A stretch of 64,000 nt of DNA from Clostridia bacterium (GTDB lineage: Bacteria; Bacillota; Clostridia; Oscillospirales; Oscillospiraceae), in the NCBI GenBank assembly GCA_963929765.1, contig CAWVKD010000056.1, positions 12,060 through 76,059 on the forward strand, read 5' to 3'. Below the pieces are notes generated by a model. The model worked only from the letters and a program-made list of their open reading frames with translations. It was not told the origin of the DNA and did not search any database. This document shows, piece after piece, positions 30,668 to 39,320 of this stretch. Position 1 is the first letter of the stretch. Every line of letters begins with the position of its first letter. Position numbers and translations under genes: made by a program.

Positions 30668-31195
30668 ATGGAGCAAGGGTTGGTCCATTTATACTGGGGT
30701 GATGGTAAAGGAAAGACGACTTGTGCCATCGGACTTGGGCTTCGCGTGATTGGATGTGGTGGAACTGTCCTACTGACCCAATTTCTAAAGAGCAATGGAA
30801 GTAGCGAACGGAAAGCGATTGCCAGCATCCGTGGCTTTGATTGTATTGAAGGACCAGAACGGATTTCTTTTTCTTTTCAGATGCATGAAAAAGAGCGGGA
30901 ACAGGCAAGAAAATGTTGTGTCCAAATGTTTTCTCAGGCCGTTCGACGCTCTAAGGAAAAAAATTATCGTCTTCTCATTTTAGATGAATTGTGTGAGGCA
31001 ATTTCAGAAGGATTTTTAAAGGAAGAGAGGGTGCTTCATTTTTTAGAGCAAAAACCCAAAGAATTGGAAGTGGTAATTACAGGACATCAGCCATCTGAAA
31101 ATATTATGAATCGAGCAGAATATATTACTCATTTCCAAAATCAAAAACATCCGTACCAAAGAGGAATTTGTGCCCGACTTGGAATTGAATATTAA
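30668..31195 (+). CDS. cobO: cob(I)yrinic acid a,c-diamide adenosyltransferase (CobO/BtuR family)
   Basis: 175 aa from the ATG at 30668, with GAGGTGG upstream. P-loop GDGKGKTT, LLILDEL, and a C-terminal KHPYQRGICARLGIEY. Confidence 0.85.
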   Translation: MEQGLVHLYWGDGKGKTTCAIGLGLRVIGCGGTVLLTQFLKSNGSSERKAIASIRGFDCIEGPERISFSFQMHEKEREQARKCCVQMFSQAVRRSKEKNYRLLILDELCEAISEGFLKEERVLHFLEQKPKELEVVITGHQPSENIMNRAEYITHFQNQKHPYQRGICARLGIEY

Positions 31196-31211
31196 TCAAT
31201 GGGAGGAAAAC

Positions 31212-32201
31212 ATGGAACATTGGATGGAAGTTGCCATTGACACGAAGCCGGGAGGAATAGATCTGGTTTGTAGCGTGTTAACAGCACAGGATCTATCTGG
31301 ATTTGTGATTGAAGATGAAACAGATTTTCTCACATTTTTGGAAGAAAATAAAGCCACTTGGGACTATATAGATGAAGATTTGATGGCACAAAAAAGAGGA
31401 ATCAGTCGCATTATACTCTATTTGCCAGAAGACGAAACAGGATGGGAAATGCTTAAAACAGTACGTCAAACAATGGCACATCTGGCCAAGGAAACCCCGG
31501 AGTCGGTTTGTGGTACGTTGCAGATTACGCTCAAAAATGTGAAAAATGAAGATTGGGAAAACAACTGGAAAGCATATTATAAACCGATTTCTGTCGGGAG
31601 ACGTTTTTATATTGTACCAGAATGGGAGCGGGATACTCCAATACCGGAGAATAGAGTGCCTATTTATTTAAATCCTGGTCTGATCTTCGGCACTGGTAGT
31701 CATGCTTCCACCAGGCTTTGCTTGGAAGCCGCGGAATCTATTTTGCATCCAGGCGATCAAGTATTAGATCTTGGCAGCGGAAGTGGAATATTATCAATTG
31801 CAGCTCTAAAATTAGGAGCAAAAGCCGCGGTAGCGTGCGACATTGATCCAAAAGCGGAAAAAGTTGCAAGAGAAAATGCAAGGCGCAACGACATTGAAGA
31901 GGAACGATATCAAGTGGAAACGGGAAATCTTTTGAAAGATATCTCTCTAGGTGGGAGAGTGTCTCCCAAAACGTATCAAGTGATTTTTTCTAATATTGTA
32001 GCAGATGTCATCATTGCACTTGCACCCCAAATTGCTGATTTTTTGGTGCCAAGAGGGGTATGGATTGGTTCTGGTATTATTGACAGTAGAAAAAAAGATG
32101 TGGAAGAAGCACTTTTAAAAAATAAATTTATCCTTTTACAAGAGTGGGAGCAAGACGGCTGGATCTGTTTTGCTGCCGTTCAAAAGGAGGATAATGGATG
32201 A
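31212..32201 (+). CDS. prmA: ribosomal protein L11 methyltransferase
   Basis: 329 aa from the ATG at 31212, with GGGAGG upstream. Contains FGTGSHASTRLCLE and the SAM motif VLDLGSGSGILSIAA. Confidence 0.92.
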   Translation: MEHWMEVAIDTKPGGIDLVCSVLTAQDLSGFVIEDETDFLTFLEENKATWDYIDEDLMAQKRGISRIILYLPEDETGWEMLKTVRQTMAHLAKETPESVCGTLQITLKNVKNEDWENNWKAYYKPISVGRRFYIVPEWERDTPIPENRVPIYLNPGLIFGTGSHASTRLCLEAAESILHPGDQVLDLGSGSGILSIAALKLGAKAAVACDIDPKAEKVARENARRNDIEEERYQVETGNLLKDISLGGRVSPKTYQVIFSNIVADVIIALAPQIADFLVPRGVWIGSGIIDSRKKDVEEALLKNKFILLQEWEQDGWICFAAVQKEDNG

Positions 32202-32776
32202 ATTCTTGTGGCTTTTTTGCCTATCTTTCTAGAATGCGATATATCGGTCGATGGGGATTGATGCGCAATACCTTTGAGGAAAACGTTCAGGAGCATTCTC
32301 ATATGGTAGCGGTTTTAGCCCATGCTTTAGCTGTGATCCGGCGGGATATTATTGGACAGGACATTGACCCAGGAATGGTGGCTGCTGTTGCTCTTTACCA
32401 TGATGCGCCGGAAATTTTGACGGGAGACCTCCCAACTCCTGTGAAATACTACAATCCAGCAATTCAAAAGGCATATCAAGAGATTGAAGAAGTATCTGCC
32501 AAAAAGTTACTTTCCATGCTTCCTGCTGTGTTACAATCTTCATATGAACCCTTGCTTTTACCTGAAGATCCGGATGTTTTGCTATTGGTAAAAGCTGCTG
32601 ACAAACTGTCGGCTTATGTCAAATGTGTAGAAGAGCTCAAAGGGGGAAATTTGGAATTCAAACAAGCAGCAGAGCAGATTTTAGAAACGCTGAAGGAATA
32701 TGAACTTCCTGAACTTTCTTATTTTATGAAAGAATGTCTGCCTGCGTTCTCCCTTACGCTGGATGAACTAGGTTGA
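32198..32776 (+). CDS. HD-domain 5'-deoxynucleotidase, YfbR-like
   Basis: 192 aa reading RWGLMRNTFEENVQEHSHMVA ... LYHDAPEILTGDLPTPVK. Its ATG overlaps the prmA stop. Confidence 0.85.
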   Translation: MNSCGFFAYLSRMRYIGRWGLMRNTFEENVQEHSHMVAVLAHALAVIRRDIIGQDIDPGMVAAVALYHDAPEILTGDLPTPVKYYNPAIQKAYQEIEEVSAKKLLSMLPAVLQSSYEPLLLPEDPDVLLLVKAADKLSAYVKCVEELKGGNLEFKQAAEQILETLKEYELPELSYFMKECLPAFSLTLDELG

Positions 32777-32834
32777 AGTCATAAAGTGAAAAGGCAAACG
32801 ATTCAAAGGAATGGAAAAGAAAGAGAGGAATAGG

Positions 32835-33104
32835 ATGCGTGCAATTATTACGGTGATTGGAAATGATCAGAAGGGCATCATTGCAAAGGTGTGCACTTGC
32901 TTGTATGAAAGGGATGTCAATGTTTTGGACATTACCCAAACACTACTTCAAGAATATTTTACTATGGTAATGTTGGTAGATATTACAGATTGTATCTGTT
33001 CATTTGAATCCCTTCAAGAAGCGCTTCATCAGGTGGGAACACAAATGGAGTTGTCTATTCGCATTCAAAGTGAAGAAATTTTCAACGCAATGCATCGTGT
33101 GTAG
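32835..33104 (+). CDS. ACT-domain protein (UPF0237 family)
   Basis: 89 aa reading [36 protein letters not shown]. It precedes a UPF0210 gene, which is the usual pairing. Confidence 0.85.
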   Translation: MRAIITVIGNDQKGIIAKVCTCLYERDVNVLDITQTLLQEYFTMVMLVDITDCICSFESLQEALHQVGTQMELSIRIQSEEIFNAMHRV

Positions 33105-33118
33105 GGAGGCGGGGTTTT

Positions 33119-34477
33119 ATGCTCAATCAACGAGATATTCTACAGACTATCCGTATGATCGATCAGCAGCATCTGGATATCCGTACCATTACCATGGGAA
33201 TTTCCCTCCGGGACTGTGCTCATCCGGACCCAGAAATATGCTGTGAAAAAATATATCAAAAGATCACGAAACATGCCAAAGATTTGGTATCTACTGGAGA
33301 AGCAATCGAACGAGAATTGGGGATTCCTATCGTAAATAAACGTATTTCTGTAACACCCATTGCCATAGTAGCAGAAAGCTGTGAAACAGAAGACTATGTT
33401 CCTTTTGCAAAAGCATTGGATAGAGCGGCAAAAGCATGTGGTGTGAATTTTATTGGTGGGTTTTCTGCATTGGTACACAAAGGATTTACCCTGGGCGACA
33501 GGCGCTTAATCGATGCGATTCCAGAAGCCCTGTCACAAACAGAGCGCGTTTGCGCTTCAGTAAATGTAGCGACGACCAAGGCCGGTATTAATATGGATGC
33601 TGTAGGGTTGATGGGTCATATTATCAAAGAGACAGCAGCCCGAACAGCTGATCAGGGAGGGCTAGGTTGCGCCAAATTGGTGGTTTTTGCCAACGCAGTC
33701 GAAGACAATCCCTTTATGGCAGGAGCATTTCACGGTGTAGGCGAGCCAGAGTGTGTAATCAACGTAGGGGTATCTGGACCGGGAGTGGTCCATCACGCTT
33801 TGAAAAAAGCAAAGGGTGAGCCTTTTGATGTGGTAGCAGAGACGATCAAGAAAACGGCATTTCAAATTACCCGAATGGGCCAGTTGGTAGCACGGGAAGC
33901 CAGTGCCCGATTGGGAGTACCCTTTGGTGTTGTGGATCTGTCTTTAGCACCAACTCCTGCAGTTGGTGACAGTGTGGCTCGAATTTTAGAAGAGATGGGA
34001 CTGGAGACTTGTGGTACTCATGGTACCACAGCAGCATTAGCGTTGCTTAATGACGCAGTGAAAAAGGGTGGCGTGATGGCTTCTGGTCATGTAGGGGGCC
34101 TTTCTGGCGCTTTTATCCCAGTATCGGAAGATGAAGGAATGATTGCAGCAGCAGAACAAGGTGCTTTGTCATTGGAAAAGCTAGAGGCCATGACTTGTGT
34201 TTGTTCAGTCGGACTGGATATGATTGCGATTCCGGGAGATACATCACCAGAAACCATTTCTGCCATTATTGCAGATGAGTCGGCTATTGGCGTGGTGAAC
34301 CAAAAGACAACGGCAGTACGCCTCATCCCTGCACCAGGCAAGACCGTAGGAGACCGAGTAGAATTTGGCGGACTTCTAGGCAGCGCACCGGTGATGGAGG
34401 TTCATAAGCCGTCTAGCAAAGTATTCATCCAAAGAGGTGGTCGGATTCCTGCACCGCTTCACAGCTTGCGCAATTGA
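33119..34477 (+). CDS. UPF0210/DUF711 (PFL-like) protein of unknown function
   Basis: 452 aa. Reads [24 protein letters not shown] ... and the family resemblance holds over the full length. Confidence 0.9.
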   Translation: MLNQRDILQTIRMIDQQHLDIRTITMGISLRDCAHPDPEICCEKIYQKITKHAKDLVSTGEAIERELGIPIVNKRISVTPIAIVAESCETEDYVPFAKALDRAAKACGVNFIGGFSALVHKGFTLGDRRLIDAIPEALSQTERVCASVNVATTKAGINMDAVGLMGHIIKETAARTADQGGLGCAKLVVFANAVEDNPFMAGAFHGVGEPECVINVGVSGPGVVHHALKKAKGEPFDVVAETIKKTAFQITRMGQLVAREASARLGVPFGVVDLSLAPTPAVGDSVARILEEMGLETCGTHGTTAALALLNDAVKKGGVMASGHVGGLSGAFIPVSEDEGMIAAAEQGALSLEKLEAMTCVCSVGLDMIAIPGDTSPETISAIIADESAIGVVNQKTTAVRLIPAPGKTVGDRVEFGGLLGSAPVMEVHKPSSKVFIQRGGRIPAPLHSLRN

Positions 34478-34490
34478 ATTAATTAAAGAA

Positions 34491-34530
34491 AAAGAGAGTT
34501 GTTGCTTCTTTGCAACAGCTCTCTTTTTAC
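34491..34530. terminator. bidirectional intrinsic terminator
   Basis: Stem aaagagagttgttgc / gcaacagctctcttt (one G-U pair) with a 6-nt loop and flanking A and T runs. Confidence 0.6.
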
Positions 34531-34552
34531 ATAACTTATAATCAGATAGTTA

Positions 34553-35116
34553 TTATTTGTGGAAAACAACAGGTGGATTACGTTTCGGCGGAGTGAGTGT
34601 TCCATTCATATACCCACAACTCAAAGTAGAGACCAGTTCAAACTGCTCGGGAACATGATATTTTTTCTTAAATTCTGGGGTATTGCAGTATTGTTCACAA
34701 TAACCAATCCAACAGGTTCCGATGCCCATCTCATGTGCAGCCAGCATAATATTACAAGCTGCTAGGGAACAGTCGTATACATACCAATGAGAGTCGGAAT
34801 TTCCATAAATGAGAATCAATGTAGTGGCATGATTAAGAACATGGTATGATTCATTTTTCAGTGCAGATTCATAGGAGGCAAAATGAGGGAATTCTGCCAA
34901 ATGTTCTAAAAGGTATGATTTGACTTCCTGTGCCAATGTGTCAATCTCGTTTTGGTCTTGAATTACCACAAAGCCCCAGGGCTGCAGATTGGACCCCGTG
35001 GAAGCCTTTGTTCCCAAAGTGAGAAGTTCTTCTATGGTTTCGTAGGGAATCTGCTTTCCGGTGAATGACCGGACACTTCGTTTATTGTTGATGCATTCAA
35101 TAACGTTATTACTCAT
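34553..35116 (-). CDS. nitroreductase-family protein
   Basis: 187 aa from the ATG at 35116, with AAGGAAG upstream. Contains NKRSVRSFTGKQIP and NLQPWGFVVI. Confidence 0.85.
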   Translation of the reverse strand: MSNNVIECINNKRSVRSFTGKQIPYETIEELLTLGTKASTGSNLQPWGFVVIQDQNEIDTLAQEVKSYLLEHLAEFPHFASYESALKNESYHVLNHATTLILIYGNSDSHWYVYDCSLAACNIMLAAHEMGIGTCWIGYCEQYCNTPEFKKKYHVPEQFELVSTLSCGYMNGTLTPPKRNPPVVFHK

Positions 35117-35605
35117 GTAGTATCTTCCTTTCCAATTAACCAAGTGTTTCGATTCATTGCTTTTACAAACCGGCACCCCACCTCTTTCTCCTCTTCTGGA
35201 ATTCCTTTCAATATTTGTTATCTCGCTTTTCAAATAGTATGTTGTTATTTATGGACAATATAAATAAGTTCTGTAATGGTATCATAGTTCTAATCGGTGA
35301 CTGGCCACACCGTTCTGTATAAGTAGATGTTTGGTGATTTTGAAGAAGAGTGCTATAGATAAGATCTGAAAAAGAAAAGTGATGTTGGGTACTGAAAGGA
35401 TAATCTAGTTACGTGGATATAGTATAGTTTTAAATATCCATGAATAAAAGGTATCGCGGTTTGTTTTTTGTACAATATCTTGATTTTTTTCTTTTTTCTT
35501 TGGAAACAAAATAGCAAATTGGCCTTGCCTTGTCAAGGGGAACATTGGAAATAATGAGCTTGTTTGATACCAATCGTTCTCGTTTCTAGCAATATTTTTA
35601 TTTGT

Positions 35606-35640
35606 AAAAATCCGGCTCGTATCTTGTATACGAGCCGGAT
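35606..35640 (-). terminator. intrinsic terminator after spoVT
   Basis: On the minus strand: ATCCGGCTCGTA-loop-TACGAGCCGGAT followed by TTTTT. Confidence 0.65.
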
Positions 35641-35669
35641 GCTTGACGAGTTGACTGCCTCTGCAGAGA

Positions 35670-36206
35670 TTATGATTCCATATGTTTCCCCAAGAAACCT
35701 GCGACGGTTTGCGCCAATTTGTATTCTGTTTCTCCATAAGGAAGAGAGCCAGTGACAAAAATGACGCTACCCAAGACATCGCCTTCCGATAAAATGGGTG
35801 CTGCTACGTCAATGGTAAACCGATCGCTGTCGGAAGAAAGTGGAATGGGCGTTTCATCCCCGCGGCGAAGGTAAATTTGTCGCTTTTCCATCATCTGCTC
35901 TAAAAGATCGGAAATTCGTCTTCCGTTTAATTCTCGCTTAGAGACTCCAGCAGATGCAATAACGATATCTCGATCTGTTACGGCAACTACATGGCCTGTG
36001 GTTTTGTTTAATGTTTCACAAAGTTGGAAGGCAAAATCGGATAGACCTCCCATGAGAGAATATTTTTTAAAGATGACTTCACCATCTTTGTCGGTGTAAA
36101 TTTCCAATGGATCGCCTTCGCGGATCCGCATGGTCTTGCGAATTTCCTTTGGAATTACAACACGACCTAAGTCATCGATTCTTCGGACAATGCCCGTTGC
36201 TTTCAT
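35670..36206 (-). CDS. spoVT: stage V sporulation protein T (AbrB-family regulator with a GAF-like C-terminus)
   Basis: 178 aa. The N-terminal SpoVT/AbrB swapped-hairpin reads MKATGIVRRIDDLGRVVIPKEIRKTMRIREGDPLEIY. GAGGAG RBS upstream. Confidence 0.9.
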   Translation of the reverse strand: MKATGIVRRIDDLGRVVIPKEIRKTMRIREGDPLEIYTDKDGEVIFKKYSLMGGLSDFAFQLCETLNKTTGHVVAVTDRDIVIASAGVSKRELNGRRISDLLEQMMEKRQIYLRRGDETPIPLSSDSDRFTIDVAAPILSEGDVLGSVIFVTGSLPYGETEYKLAQTVAGFLGKHMES

Positions 36207-36265
36207 TTTTTGCCACTCCTCTATATTAGAAAGGTTACAGGTTGTGAGTTTACCTGTTTACCAAT

Positions 36266-36294
36266 TATTATAAGCAGTTGCAGAGGAGTTATGC
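36266..36294 (-). promoter_or_regulatory. possible forespore (sigma-G/F-type) promoter of spoVT
   Basis: On the minus strand: GCATA, 18 nt, ATAATA, about 60 nt upstream of the ATG. This is a loose match to GHATR-N17/18-CATnnTA. Confidence 0.3.
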
Positions 36295-36497
36295 AGACAT
36301 ATAAAAATAGGTCTTTTCGATTGTTGTGAGAACCGATGAAAATGGATTCAAATTATAAACATAACACTAAGTTATATTTTCTATTATACCGAAGTAAATT
36401 TCATTCCTTTGCATAAGTGAGTGCTCTATTTGGACACGATCCTATATTGGTTGGTCGTATTCCGTATTATCTTTATTATTATCGGGATAGAATTTTA

Positions 36498-37154
36498 CTA
36501 TCCTCCATAGAAATCTAAAAAATTTCTAGTTTCTGGATGTTTCGGGTGGTACAGAACTATATCAATAGATCCGTATTCCACTAAGATGCCTTTACGAAAG
36601 AACAATGCTTCGTGGGCTAAACGTCTAGCTTGCTGCAAAGAGTGGGTAACCAAGAGCACAGTAGCTCCAGTTTTTTGAACATATTGACGGATTTGTTCTT
36701 CTGCAATAGCGGTTGTTTCCATGTCCATTGCTGATGTTGGTTCATCTAAGATCAACACATCATACGACTTCATCAGTAATCTGGCCAGTGCCATTCTAGC
36801 TGTTTCACCACCGGATAGCTTATTTGCCCGTTTTTTTGCTAGGTGGGTTAGCTGAAGTGCCTCCATTAATGCTTTCATTTTCTGGGCATCTCTACCACCA
36901 AGAGCGATGTTGGCTTGGACACTCATTCGATAAGCGTAACTTTTTTGAGGCATATATCCAACTGCTATATCTGGAGAAAAACCCGCTTTCCTTTGATCTG
37001 CTGGGAATATACCGGCAAGTATTTTACAAAAGGTGGACTTTCCACTTCCATTTGCCCCAATGACAGCATAAATTTTTCCTTTTTCCAGATTCATTCCAGG
37101 GAAGTTCAATACAGTTACTTTGTCATATGTCTTTTGAAAGGCTGACAATTTCAT
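36498..37154 (-). CDS. tupC: ABC transporter ATP-binding protein (tungstate TupC-like)
   Basis: 218 aa from the ATG at 37154, with AAGGAGG 8 nt upstream and an ATGA overlap with tupB. Contains GANGSGKST, LSGGETAR and VLILDEPTSAMD. Confidence 0.8.
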   Translation of the reverse strand: MKLSAFQKTYDKVTVLNFPGMNLEKGKIYAVIGANGSGKSTFCKILAGIFPADQRKAGFSPDIAVGYMPQKSYAYRMSVQANIALGGRDAQKMKALMEALQLTHLAKKRANKLSGGETARMALARLLMKSYDVLILDEPTSAMDMETTAIAEEQIRQYVQKTGATVLLVTHSLQQARRLAHEALFFRKGILVEYGSIDIVLYHPKHPETRNFLDFYGG

Positions 37155-37837
37155 CGACTCAGCCTCCTTTGCAGCAGAGAAATCCCAATATTCACCATCA
37201 GAGAGAGGAGTAAGAGGATGATTCCCAAGGCAATTCCTAGGGAAAAATTTCCTTGGTTGGTGTACTGCATAATGGCTGTAGTCATGACATTTGTCTTCCA
37301 AGAAATTGCCCCACCTACCATAGAAACCGCACCAACTTCTGCAATTGCTCTAGAAAAAGCCAGAAGATAAGCAGAAAAAATTTGATAGATACACTCATTT
37401 CCCAGAAGTGCCGCTGTCTTGATTCGTCCCAGCCTCAGCCCCTTTGCAGTTTCTCTAACTGATGGCGCAATAGAAGAGACATAGCCTTCCATATTTCCTA
37501 TTACAATAGGAGTAATCAAAACTACTTGGGCTAAGATCATAATTTCCACAGTAAACAAAAGACTCATATGCCGCAACGGACCTACTCCAGAAAATAGCAT
37601 ATAGAAAACCAGCCCACACACCACCGGCGGCATACCCATGAGAGTCCGATTTATTACCAGTAGTGCATGACGTCCTCGAAACTGCCCGATTCCCAATAAG
37701 ATACCTAGTGGGACTCCCAATAGCAGCGCCAAAACAGAACTAGATATGCTTGTTTTTGCTGTTACAAGGAGAATATTACACAGCTCTTTATCTGCTGTTA
37801 AAATCAATTGAATGGCTTTTTCCAGAGACTCAACCAT
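37151..37837 (-). CDS. tupB: ABC transporter permease (tungstate TupB-like)
   Basis: 228 aa with 5-6 TM helices and an EAA-like loop (SVRETAKGLRLGRIKTA). Confidence 0.8.
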   Translation of the reverse strand: MVESLEKAIQLILTADKELCNILLVTAKTSISSSVLALLLGVPLGILLGIGQFRGRHALLVINRTLMGMPPVVCGLVFYMLFSGVGPLRHMSLLFTVEIMILAQVVLITPIVIGNMEGYVSSIAPSVRETAKGLRLGRIKTAALLGNECIYQIFSAYLLAFSRAIAEVGAVSMVGGAISWKTNVMTTAIMQYTNQGNFSLGIALGIILLLLSLMVNIGISLLQRRLSR

Positions 37838-37863
37838 ATTTTTGCCTCTTTTCTTACGAAATG

Positions 37864-37896
37864 ATACCCTTGAGCAGATCTACTGCCCAAGGGTAT
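37864..37896 (-). other. intercistronic stem-loop between tupA and tupB
   Basis: 14-bp stem (ATACCCTTGGGCAG / CTGCTCAAGGGTAT, one G-U pair) with a 5-nt loop. No U-tract follows on the sense strand. Confidence 0.5.
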
Positions 37897-37926
37897 TTTT
37901 GTTTTATCTCTCGAAAAGGTCGAGTG

Positions 37927-38934
37927 TTACATAACACCGTCATTAGCAACGAAAGTCAAAAATGTAGCCTTGTCTGTTAAGATGTATGCGTGCATTTGTT
38001 CGGCCATTACCAAACATACTCCCATACCGGCGTTGGCAGAAGTATACCAATCACTATAGTTTGCAAAGGACTCCGGGTCAGCAGTAATACCTAATTCTTC
38101 TGGCCACAGGCTTAGTTCCTTCGTGTGGGTACCTGAGGAGTCACCACGCGATATAAATTTGTACTTGCCATTGGCAATCGCTGCAAATGCATCCAGTACA
38201 CTTTCACAATTGGCAACGTCAGCCGGATCATCAGAGGGTCCGCATAAAACAAAATAATTGTACAGAAAAGATATTCTTTCATTTTCAAAACCGTCTACAA
38301 CACGCGCAAAGCCATCTGCAATAAAGGCCTCCTCTTGACTCTTGGAGTGTACCAAAATTAGGTCGGCATTGCCGTACTGGGCAGCAGCAATGGCTTTGCC
38401 GGTACCAGCAGATTGGATTTCTACAGTGTAACCATATGTCGACTCAAATGTTGGGAGCAGATAGGCTAGTAGGCCAGAGTCGTAAACAGAGGTAGTGGTA
38501 GACAAGCGGATAACTTTGGTTTCCTCTGTGGCAGGTTCGATTTCACCGGTGTAGACAGGCACGTTATCTTGGACATAAAACAGATGCTCTTTGTATTCAT
38601 CTACACCATAGGAATCTGCTAAATCCAGTGCCTCTTGGCTTAGCAGCCAGTGGATAAGAGCATCAGCACCTGCAGTATTGATAGCGACATCTGTAACGGC
38701 ATTTCCTCCTGCGTCGGTAAAAGGAGCATCAGGGTTGACTGCAATAACAGAGTAGGTGTTGAGCATTTGGTCATCTACTTCTTTCAGAATGACAGTGTCA
38801 ACAGCGCTAGCTTCGGAAGTGGGGGCTGCAGAACTGTCCCCATCAGGTGTGGTTTGGGTTTTTTGGTCGGCACCGCAAGAAGCTAAACCCAAAGCCATAA
38901 CCAGTGCTAAGAGTAGTGCTGCCAATTTTTTCAT
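37927..38934 (-). CDS. tupA: tungstate-binding lipoprotein TupA, apparently circularly permuted
   Basis: 335 aa with lipobox LASC. TupA motifs are LSTTTSVYDSGLL and ISRGDSSGTHTKE. See the finding on segment order. Confidence 0.8.
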   Translation of the reverse strand: MKKLAALLLALVMALGLASCGADQKTQTTPDGDSSAAPTSEASAVDTVILKEVDDQMLNTYSVIAVNPDAPFTDAGGNAVTDVAINTAGADALIHWLLSQEALDLADSYGVDEYKEHLFYVQDNVPVYTGEIEPATEETKVIRLSTTTSVYDSGLLAYLLPTFESTYGYTVEIQSAGTGKAIAAAQYGNADLILVHSKSQEEAFIADGFARVVDGFENERISFLYNYFVLCGPSDDPADVANCESVLDAFAAIANGKYKFISRGDSSGTHTKELSLWPEELGITADPESFANYSDWYTSANAGMGVCLVMAEQMHAYILTDKATFLTFVANDGVM

Positions 38935-38954
38935 TTTTTATCATCCTCCATTTT

Positions 38955-39041
38955 GTAAAATAAAATAGGACAAGCCCTCCAAAACCTAATGAATATAGTT
39001 AACCTATATTGACCCGTTAGGATTTGGAAAGAGGCTCGTCC
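38955..39041 (-). promoter_or_regulatory. structured leader element: long hairpin plus U-tract directly upstream of the tupA RBS
   Basis: On the minus strand GGACGAGCC...GGCTTGTCC encloses nested helices AAATCCTAA/TTAGGTTTT and AATATAG/CTATATT. It is followed by TATTTTATTTT, then GGAGGA and the ATG. Confidence 0.45.
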
Positions 39042-39098
39042 ACCAACTTTCTCAAACTTCCAATATGTAGATTTTGATGGGATAGTCCAGTTTCGTTC

Positions 39099-39127
39099 AT
39101 TTTACTACAGTTTTTTACAGAATGCAA
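39099..39127 (-). promoter_or_regulatory. candidate sigma-A promoter of tupABC
   Basis: On the minus strand: TTGCAT, 17 nt, TAAAAT. It implies a leader of about 155 nt. Confidence 0.45.
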
Positions 39128-39216
39128 TATGGTAATTTTGACTTCATACCGTAACTTCTCATTTTTTCCATCTTCTGATATCCAACTATAAGGTGAGAGA
39201 AAGGGAGGGTTTTCTA

Positions 39217-39245
39217 TTGCAAAGAGAAAGAAGTTCTGATAAAAT
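39217..39245 (+). promoter_or_regulatory. candidate sigma-A promoter of the membrane-protein gene
   Basis: TTGCAA, 17 nt, TAAAAT with a TGn extension (cTGaTAAAAT). Confidence 0.45.
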
Positions 39246-39320
39246 ATAAGGCTAGATGTCAGAAAATTGTCCGTTTGGCATAGAAAATAGACGGAAATGG
39301 GAAAGGACGGAAAGGATTAC

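Noticed and set aside
35405-35779. 124-aa minus-strand ORF
   Set aside because: It spans the spoVT terminator hairpin and overlaps the spoVT 3' end in another frame. It has no RBS and no recognisable domain.
38955-39041. Moco/Tuco riboswitch assignment for the tupA leader
   Set aside because: The context fits, but I could not find the conserved Moco-motif elements as I remember them (GCCUCCG…, CC.GGG helices, GGAAAGG). The element also looks too short. I kept it only as an unclassified structured leader.
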